NCBI GenBank assembly: GCA_946965045.2
Contig: OX337228.1
Coordinates: 3,286,001-3,350,000, forward strand
Length of the DNA: 64,000 nt
Direction of reading: 5' to 3'
Source of the DNA: Epithemia pelagica
Lineage: Eukaryota; Protista; Bacillariophyta
Part shown: piece after piece, positions 57,601-64,000 of the stretch
Layout: each line of letters begins with the position of its first letter
Position numbering within the stretch: the stretch's first letter is position 1
Made by a program: the position numbers and the translations under genes
The notes under the pieces: generated by a model
The model's input: only the letters and a program-made list of their open reading frames with translations
The model's database searches: none
What the model was told of the DNA's origin: nothing

Positions 57601-57996
57601 ATCGAGATTCTCGTATCGACCAAGTATCACTGTGAAATGGCCGGTGAGGGGATCGAGTATGGCTGGGGTTACTCAAAAAAAGTCTTTCGTGCTTTCTCAC
57701 TGAATGAGAAGAAAGACAAAGCTGCCTTTTTACGATGTTTGACAGCGAGCCTGAAGAAAACAACACCCAAAATCATGCGGAAAATGTCAGCAAAGGCACG
57801 TCGCTATATGCTCGCGTACTTGTTATACGATCAAAATTCCAACAACAGAGACTATGCAGCTGCGGGCCTCTCGTATGCCAAAATTGAAAAGATGTCAAAA
57901 GCAATCAAGTGTCACCGATCCGCCTTCGACCAAGATCATGGCTTCATCTCACGTCTCTGGAGAGAAACGCAAGGATCTGGTGCAGTAGAAACCTGA
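54655..57996 (+). CDS. Intact 1113-aa DDE transposase related to the IS630/Tc1/mariner superfamily
   Basis: HTH-like ISQSTAWRCI..AGF...YFTDRHE; IGQDES (D1), FLFDQSSGH (D2), KGLFQVLWERG, KYHCEMAGEGIEYGWGYSK (E). No TIRs found. Confidence 0.85.
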   Translation: MGQQFNASTSSTMTRSSDSPHAAQSRMERSFSGNEIVELFRKQCSPTVFGFCNKWFRDVELVGYMNTWLPGLSVLEMNRAFRREKSIAMCFDDVEKPNKYGFYRYRDTIKRERFTFYYISKDTTTLPVMLDDHQEWLEAAAENVIRRSGRAKPTKRRNEESPGLREGTLNTSKQARNTSTPPAIKSTATQQHGQPPQIGDSPTEMQTSPPHDNTNQVLVGASQHPELATDEIGHDHPQSLPIGFSVFESEMIQGLSQQMESAFFDEPRNRRLFAGKCDSPGSSKRNLERWIETLERAISNVEALLNVVNKGDIFPLNQEQQQRVLLKATYLQLSYKIALLDMPHGRTWLNCISEAISKMEQIYGEKVKKHPKTIARFHRYFREDDSFPHPNYHVHIGKEPSPVLFVHIPEAKVKFECWAKENLSTLTTESALMYLRTTLLPDMHAMIVQECMDTNATPVSYEAFLASMKLSTISQSTAWRCIAAAGFVFKEHTKTYFTDRHENAENVAHRAAFVKKYFKWEELSYRWVQLPTEDAIKLENEGNAGKEKLLPNSFVFEYTDVTTGKQMREYHVDAFPSEFERYIKPENTIHNGNLSHRFPSDRKPVILIGQDESIYKQFSFSSKAWYTKDGATKMLPKDDGHGMMISAFVSRSWGFLMNGNPLLAASLFRINELRLHATHNKYVSTEAAVNLNGHTAKTPITNAQPFTRFFEYGADKEGYWNYEYMALQLEDIVDCLVVMFPAHDFVFLFDQSSGHGKQQSDGLNALNMNNDWGGAVPSMRDTQIIDQACLGPYNHDDKLRVGDVQHLVYQENDRGPVAKKGHRLNDAQRVASKNTHRTGRKKKRNLTKKELMAKLVRVMGPGMQRSFQSKNAGELQDLCKRSNIATVIEDDVIEEGWMNAAKGLFQVLWERGWIDPNNMIKYVKTTRDAWLEADKKTVKEAYQADYKKYSMVHLMSECSDFKNEKSAMEKLAEDLSERHRCRIEILVSTKYHCEMAGEGIEYGWGYSKKVFRAFSLNEKKDKAAFLRCLTASLKKTTPKIMRKMSAKARRYMLAYLLYDQNSNNRDYAAAGLSYAKIEKMSKAIKCHRSAFDQDHGFISRLWRETQGSGAVET

Positions 57997-58407
57997 TCTA
58001 ATCTCCATTTATCATCAAAATGCATGTAACTTAACTATTTATAACAGCAATCCATTTTATTGAATGTATTTCTTGTCAGTTATTGGTATCAATGATCACT
58101 TCCGTGTTGCGTGCTCGTGTTGCGTGTTGGATTATCAGTTTGTAAGTACCTCGAAAATGTGAGAGAGCGAGAAAATGGACGATTTTCGGAGCAGACCTCG
58201 CGCAAAACACGCCTCCCTCTCCGAAAACGCGCACGCATCGCAAAACTGGCACGCAAATCCTTAAGTAACTCAGCCCACATACCAAAACTTCACCGTTTTT
58301 TAGTATGTGAGCTCAAGATTTTTTTTTGGAATGTGAGCTGAGGGCTGAGGAGAATGCTGCGTTTCGTGTTTCTTGTGTTTCGTGTTTCGAGTTTTTGCGT
58401 TTCGACC

Positions 58408-61257
58408 ATGGGGAAACCAAGCCCTAAGAAACAGTATTCAAAAGCAGGCGCTCAAAAACGAGACAGCATGAGTGACAAAGGAAATCTTGACGCTCTTATA
58501 CTTGCAATAGATGCAGCGGAAGAGCAGTCAGCCAAAGCAGCAGCGGCGCCCGAAGCAGCAGCAGCCGCAGCACCCGAAGCAGCAGCAACAGACGAAGCGA
58601 CAACAACAAAGCACCATCGGTTTCTTTCGGATCAAGACTTTGCCGAAGTGAAGGATAAAAAGCTTGCAGATGTTCGGCGTGGCCATCCAGAGAAGGACCA
58701 CAGCAAACAGTATTCGGAAACTCAAATGCGGCAGCTCCTCATCGATACGCGCACAGAGGACTACAAGAAAGGCATCGAGGAAGTGGAGAAACTCCCTTCT
58801 CGTTCTGGACGGGATCCAATCAGGACTTTCTCCGAAGGCCTCAAGACGCTCTCCAAGATCAAAGACAGTGCTGTACTTGCCTGTGCTATGGGAGAGTATG
58901 TCTCACGGAAGATTTCGGCCACTTTTTCGGTCCAAGAAGCTCCAATTCGGAAGCCCGGTTCTGGCTTGTCAAAGGGGAAGATTGTGCCACTTTCGAGTGG
59001 AATGGGTCTCCCTGTCAAGAAGAACAGAAAACATACCTTCCTGATCGGCAAGCATGTCGGTTACACATTTGCGAACAATCCGGTAGTCAAGATCTACCTT
59101 GGAAAAGTGCTTCTGTTTGAGGTGAAGGAGTCAAAACTCCCAGGCGCCGGGTTTGGCGTTTTTGCAGTTCGGACAATCAAAGATGGTGAAGTGATTGGTG
59201 CGTACACGGGAAACGACGTCACGTCTCGGACAGTTGTACCCAACGAGTACGCGATTCAGTTCGGACGTGACAATCGAAGGCTTCAAGCAGACAACGACGA
59301 TCACTTCGGCATGGGGCTGCACTTAATCAACGACCACCTACACCATCGGTACGGTACAGACAATCCACCGGATGAATCGGATGATCATTACAACGTGAGA
59401 ATCATGCCGAATCTTCTAGTCAAGGCAATCAAGCCGATCGAAAAGGGCGACGAGCTGTCTTTGTTTTATAACCTTTCGGACGAATCGCCGACGTCCTCCG
59501 AACAGGTTATCCGACCGTCGACGAAAGGTGACGACGACGAAGACGAGGGAAAGAAACGCGGTCGACCCAGTGATGAAAATGAAGACGACGGGAAAAAAAC
59601 AAAGAAGCCTGTCTTAACTTCTCCTTCTACTGTTTTCCGTCCAGTTGCTACTGTTGCTCGTCCTCCTTCTCCGCCTCCTCCGCAATACGTTTCTGAGCAC
59701 TACAATTCGCCCCCTCAGCTGCCGCCGCATTATCCTCCGCAATATTATCACCATCCTCCGCCGCAGTACAATTATCCTCCGCCGCAGTACAATTACCCTC
59801 CGCCGCAGTACAATCATCATCCTCCGCCGCATTATCCTTATCCTCCGCCGCATTATCCTCATCCTCCGACGAGTCATCCTCCGCCGCAGTACCATGGACA
59901 TCCTCCGTCCTACAATCAACCCAACTATGGAGGTTACGGGGGGACTCTACCTTCATCGCTCCATCATCAGCAGCAACAACAACGCACGACCCAGCCGGTC
60001 GAAGGCTCACCCCACCTCCTTCCAAGCAATCCCATCCCACCTGCAGCACAAGCTCAACCCGTGCTCCTTCCCAGCAGTCCCGTCCTACCTGCAGCACAAG
60101 CTCAACCCGCCACTCAAGCCAATCCCAGCCCTAGTACTGGAATGTTCGTACCAGTGGTAATGGCAGAAGATGACACGGATAGTATTTTTGAGGAGATGGA
60201 AGCGATCGATGCGAAAGCGAAGGAGAATGAGCGTTTCGAGAAAATGAAGTTGTTACATAGAGAATTGCGCTCGAAGTATTTCAAATGGCTGTACGATATT
60301 GAAAACAAAATGTATCGAGGATATTTTTTGACAACTCCGCCAGATCTCCTCGAAATGTTGGAGAATGCGTGGTACAGCACAGGCTTGGACCAGAAAGGAA
60401 AGGGCAAATTTTTCAAATCTGTTCAAGACTACACACCAAATTTGTTGATGGCAATGATGGAACATGAGGGAATGGTGTCCAACATTCGGTACTTCGGCCA
60501 CGTTAACCCCGAACATGCTGCAAAGGTCACGGCCAATTTCAAGCAGCTGCTTGCCTCAGCTCTCTATGGGATGAACTACGCAAAAGATGATTCATTTGCA
60601 GACCAAATCAACATTCACCTTTCGTTCATGAAGACCACAGAGGCAAAAGTTCAAGAACCTCACATCGACTTCTTGTTCCAGAGCGTAACAGGGAACATGT
60701 CCGAAGGTCCCAAAACGCCCTCCGGGAAGCAACCAATCAAAAAGACTCGGAGAGCGAATGCAGATCTGCCACTCCGGGAACGCATGCCTTTTATTGTTTT
60801 CATGCCCCTGGCGGAGGAGGGTATGTCCGTTGAATTGTGGAGTTTCCGCAGTGAGAAGCACAAGGATTATATGAACGAGCTGGGTAAAGTGGTACATATC
60901 CCATATGGCACGTTTCTCCTCGTTCGAGGAGATACTGTCCATGCTGGTGGCTTTAAGACTGGGGAGATGGGGAATCCACGTGCACATTTCTACGTGTACC
61001 AAGGAAAAGATGGGACCGTTCACGATCCCATGCCAAAGAACACCTACAACCTTCCTTCTGGAGAAAGCAGGCTTTCCGACTACTACTTCCATGACAAAGA
61101 CATCCCTGGTGTTCGCCGAAGTGGGCTCGTTGGGGTTAAGCTTTGGGTCGGGGACAAGCGTGTTTGCGTCCTAAGTGACAATCCTCGTAAGGTGCTTGTG
61201 GCCGCGAATTATAAACCTGGTAAGAAGATCGCGAGCAAAGAAGCCGATCAAACTTAG
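58408..61257 (+). CDS. Intronless 949-aa protein: SET domain + Pro/Tyr/His repeats + 2OG-Fe(II) dioxygenase-like domain
   Basis: SET (about 59110-59472): SKLPGAGFGVFA...GEVIGAYTG...HLIND...KGDELSLFY. DSBH (about 60650-61000): QEPHIDF...FIVFMPL...GTFLLVRGDTVHAGG...RAHFY. Confidence 0.8.
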   Translation: MGKPSPKKQYSKAGAQKRDSMSDKGNLDALILAIDAAEEQSAKAAAAPEAAAAAAPEAAATDEATTTKHHRFLSDQDFAEVKDKKLADVRRGHPEKDHSKQYSETQMRQLLIDTRTEDYKKGIEEVEKLPSRSGRDPIRTFSEGLKTLSKIKDSAVLACAMGEYVSRKISATFSVQEAPIRKPGSGLSKGKIVPLSSGMGLPVKKNRKHTFLIGKHVGYTFANNPVVKIYLGKVLLFEVKESKLPGAGFGVFAVRTIKDGEVIGAYTGNDVTSRTVVPNEYAIQFGRDNRRLQADNDDHFGMGLHLINDHLHHRYGTDNPPDESDDHYNVRIMPNLLVKAIKPIEKGDELSLFYNLSDESPTSSEQVIRPSTKGDDDEDEGKKRGRPSDENEDDGKKTKKPVLTSPSTVFRPVATVARPPSPPPPQYVSEHYNSPPQLPPHYPPQYYHHPPPQYNYPPPQYNYPPPQYNHHPPPHYPYPPPHYPHPPTSHPPPQYHGHPPSYNQPNYGGYGGTLPSSLHHQQQQQRTTQPVEGSPHLLPSNPIPPAAQAQPVLLPSSPVLPAAQAQPATQANPSPSTGMFVPVVMAEDDTDSIFEEMEAIDAKAKENERFEKMKLLHRELRSKYFKWLYDIENKMYRGYFLTTPPDLLEMLENAWYSTGLDQKGKGKFFKSVQDYTPNLLMAMMEHEGMVSNIRYFGHVNPEHAAKVTANFKQLLASALYGMNYAKDDSFADQINIHLSFMKTTEAKVQEPHIDFLFQSVTGNMSEGPKTPSGKQPIKKTRRANADLPLRERMPFIVFMPLAEEGMSVELWSFRSEKHKDYMNELGKVVHIPYGTFLLVRGDTVHAGGFKTGEMGNPRAHFYVYQGKDGTVHDPMPKNTYNLPSGESRLSDYYFHDKDIPGVRRSGLVGVKLWVGDKRVCVLSDNPRKVLVAANYKPGKKIASKEADQT

Positions 61258-61514
61258 ATCTTTCCTCGTGGTGAAAGTGTGTTATTGTTGAAAAAGAATA
61301 CCATGGTACGTTGAGTTGCAGTATGACATTAAGATTTATTAGTTTATTCCTTCATATTATACTTTAGTACATTGTCGTGTTTGTTTCCATGAAGTGTCGA
61401 AAACGCAAAATATGAGATAAGAATCATAGCTCGTCTGGGACCAATCACGAACTCCCTCGTACATCCATACGAGACGCGCCCGCAAACCGGGACCCAACTA
61501 CCGACACTGGGAAG

Positions 61515-61720
61515 CTGGATGACGACGATGACGATGATGATGACCATGACAATCACGACCATAACGATGATGAAGAGGACAAACGGGATGAGCGATGATA
61601 GCTACAACAAGGACGACTACAATACAACGACGACAATGATAGCCACGACAATGACGAGGACTTGGACGACGACAATAATGATAATCACAACAAGAACGAC
61701 TGTAGAAGCACTACAAGTAC
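61515..61720 (+). repeat. Degenerate trinucleotide (GAC/GAT/AAC) low-complexity tract
   Basis: GATGACGACGATGACGATGATGATGACCATGACAATCACGAC... continuing for about 200 bp. Confidence 0.7.
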
Positions 61721-61783
61721 CATGATGACAAATCGATTCATATTTAGTGATTAAGGATACCTAAAACGTCCATCAGTAGATAT

Positions 61784-62690
61784 CTAGTACGCCTCGTCCT
61801 CATGATCCAAGTAATCGGGACCAAAAAGCCCGTTTTGCTGCGTACCGATGAAGTCTTCTTGGGTCTCGAGAAATCCATCATCGGCATACGAATCAATGGA
61901 TGTCCGGTATGCACGGGAAGGATTGCTAAAGAACAAAGGAGGAGACGACGGGATGTTTTCTCCCAATGCCAGCGACTCATTCAAAGTCTGGCGAGGGTCT
62001 GTCGCTCCACTTTCCTTCACCTGTTCCTCAGCAATCCGACGCTGGAAAGCATGCTTCTGGGAGGGGGTCAGTGCGAAAGCTCGAGACGCCACCTTCGGGG
62101 AAGAAGTTACTTTCTTCGGGGTCACATAAGACTCTGGAGTCTTGTTCTCGACGTCGTCCTCCTTCTTGATCTCCTTCTCGGGCTTGCTGTCGGGCTTGTT
62201 GTCGGGCTTGCTGTTGGGTTTGGTGTCTGTGGCAGCAGAGGGCGCGTCGTGAGAAAGGGAGACTCAAAACCAACAATGAACAATCAAACTTACCTTCTTT
62301 GCCGACAGCCTCGATCGCAAGGAGCTCTGCCGCGATATCCGACAGGTTAGCGCATTCGACGTCCTTGTTGCTGACGAAGAACACTGGGATACCATCTTCA
62401 TCCCCAATGGTGAGTTGCCACTGTTTTGCGCGCTCGTGCCACGACGAAGGACCCTCAAGGTTGAAGGTCACATGCTTCTTTGTCGAAGCGGGAGACTTCG
62501 TCGTCGTCGTCTTCTTCTTCTTCGACGTTTTGTTGTCCACGGCCGTCTTTGTCTTCATTTTCTTGTTTGCCTTGTTTCCCTTGTTTCCCTTGTCGGAGGG
62601 AAATGCGGTTGTGGAGGGAGCTGCGGCGGAGTCCTCCTGCTCCTTCTTCGCAGACTCAGCTCGTTTGGTAGCACTACGCGTCTGGCGCAT
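61784..62690 (-). CDS. Hypothetical 279-aa K/E-rich protein, 2 exons (intron 62227-62293)
   Basis: GTAAGT...CACAG intron joins ORF 62028-62780 (from ATG 62690) in frame to ORF 61784-62125. Confidence 0.65.
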
Positions 62691-62861
62691 CGTTGGAAAG
62701 TGAGAACACAATAGGGATTCGTTCGTTTGATTGTTGTGTTTGTTTGTTTGATTGTTGCCCGCTCTCCGTTCTTGTGTCATCTAGGGAATCCCCCCGCGCT
62801 CATTCGTGAACAATATCGGCGCGCGCCACAAAATCAACTTGCAGCATGAAGCAACTTCCGA

Positions 62862-63434
62862 ATGACCCGCCGTGCAATGGAACAATCAAACAGAGACGAC
62901 AGGAAGAGGCAAGGAAGAAGAAACAAGATGACCAACATGAGGACGAAGTTCGAGTTCAACGAAGAGGATGGCCGTGAGGGTGGTGCTGGTCTCCCGTTCA
63001 AGTCGTGCTTTTATGCCAGCGATGTTTGCGCGCTCATCGGGCCCATGTCGAGAAACAAGGACACTGGCCACAACATCGTCGACCGTGGCCATCTGCTTGT
63101 GCAGCGGGAGCTTGCGACCGACTACCTACGGATTGCAGTCTTTGACCGGGATGCAACAAGCGAGCATGAGGAACCAGCGTTGGTTGTTCCAGTTGGGTTC
63201 ATTGCTCTGTCGCACCTGGACCAGGTCTCTGGAAAGACGAGCAAGAACGGACCTCCCATGGGATGCATCCGCCTCTACACACGCTGCTCCATCAACCCTA
63301 AAGCCTGCATGGAACCCCAGGTCGTTACAATCTACATGGGAAGCAAGGATATGGATCGCTTCAACATTTCGCTTGGTGCGATGATGCTCAAGCACCCGCT
63401 TCAAAATCTCTTCTTTAATCATCAACAAGCCTAG
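62862..63434 (+). CDS. Hypothetical 190-aa protein, divergent from the preceding gene
   Basis: ATG-to-stop ORF with a beta-rich globular-looking composition; 171-bp spacer to the divergent ATG containing CGGCGCGCGCC. Confidence 0.55.
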   Translation: MTRRAMEQSNRDDRKRQGRRNKMTNMRTKFEFNEEDGREGGAGLPFKSCFYASDVCALIGPMSRNKDTGHNIVDRGHLLVQRELATDYLRIAVFDRDATSEHEEPALVVPVGFIALSHLDQVSGKTSKNGPPMGCIRLYTRCSINPKACMEPQVVTIYMGSKDMDRFNISLGAMMLKHPLQNLFFNHQQA

Positions 63435-64000
63435 ATAGTGAACAATGTAGCAGCGTTTTATGATTATCATTTGAGTAGGATCTTCATTCTCTATGAATAC
63501 GATCTAATTCTATAGTTGTGTTACGTTTACCGTACAATACATTGCGTTCAGGTACGGCTGTGTGAGTCACAACAAAGAAAAGAACATCAATCTTTGTTGT
63601 GAACGACGCAACTTCTAGTCTAAGTTCCATATATCTAACGAGAAGAATATCAATTTTTGACGTGAACAACGCTACAAGTGTTCATAGTCTTTGTTCTATC
63701 TTCTATCATTCGATTCTACAATAGAGGTGCATTGGTTGCACCAAGTTTTGCCGTGAGTCGCCGTAGTAAATCGCGCGGCGACCACCTTCAACTAGATAAA
63801 ACGACACCTACAAAACGAATGCAGCGCCGACATCGTTCTCCATGCTCAACCCATGAATGGAGAAGAGGTTCAGAGCATGGGATCATGGAGCCGTCTCCTA
63901 TTTGGCAAGAGATCGGTCAAAAGGACCGTTCACCATGGTCAATTTTTGGTAGAACGGTAGAGGCATAAATAGAAGGGCTATATTAAGGGGATGGCTCGCG

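Noticed and set aside
59614-60160. Arg/Ile-rich ORFs 59614-59919 (-), 59645-60160 (+) and 59648-60097 (-)
   Set aside because: Alternative frames of the Pro/Tyr/His repeat inside the SET gene.
53500-61520. TIR pair around the transposase and SET genes (TTGGTCCCA/TGGGACCAA and AAAAAACGGT/ACCGTTTTTT matches)
   Set aside because: Matches are only 9-10 bp, are not extendable and have no flanking TSD.
63678-63968. 96-aa ORF near the right edge
   Set aside because: Non-ATG start, no motif, and insufficient context.

Overview
Eukaryotic nuclear DNA, most likely from a diatom: short GT-AG introns, bipartite signal-plus-transit plastid presequences, a fucoxanthin-type LHC gene and CoDi-type Copia elements. 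The species cannot be determined from the sequence. Host genes are ArfGAP, TOR kinase, plastid FabD, an aberrant tRNA-Thr(AGT), V-ATPase subunit a, LHC, an Arb2/FAM172-like hydrolase, an MCTP-like C2 protein, a two-RRM protein, a JTB-like protein, a GT23-like glycosyltransferase and several hypotheticals. Mobile DNA comprises an intact two-ORF RLE-type non-LTR retrotransposon (about 18.2-25.4 kb), two full-length Copia elements with identical LTR pairs and 5-bp TSDs (29136-35279 and 44413-50412), a 724-bp TIR element, and a large DDE transposase next to a SET + 2OG-Fe(II) oxygenase-like fusion gene. Main observation: in both Copia elements the 14 nt immediately after the 5' LTR are not a TGG-type tRNA primer-binding site. 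They are the exact reverse complement of a 14-mer inside the element's own LTR, and the 14-mer differs between the two elements. This suggests tRNA-independent, Tf1-like self-priming in a Copia lineage. Both elements also carry an extra coiled-coil + KOW/SH3-like ORF upstream of gag, lack the usual Gag and integrase zinc motifs, and read pol into the 3' LTR. All calls were made by eye from the sequence and ORF track; no searches were run.
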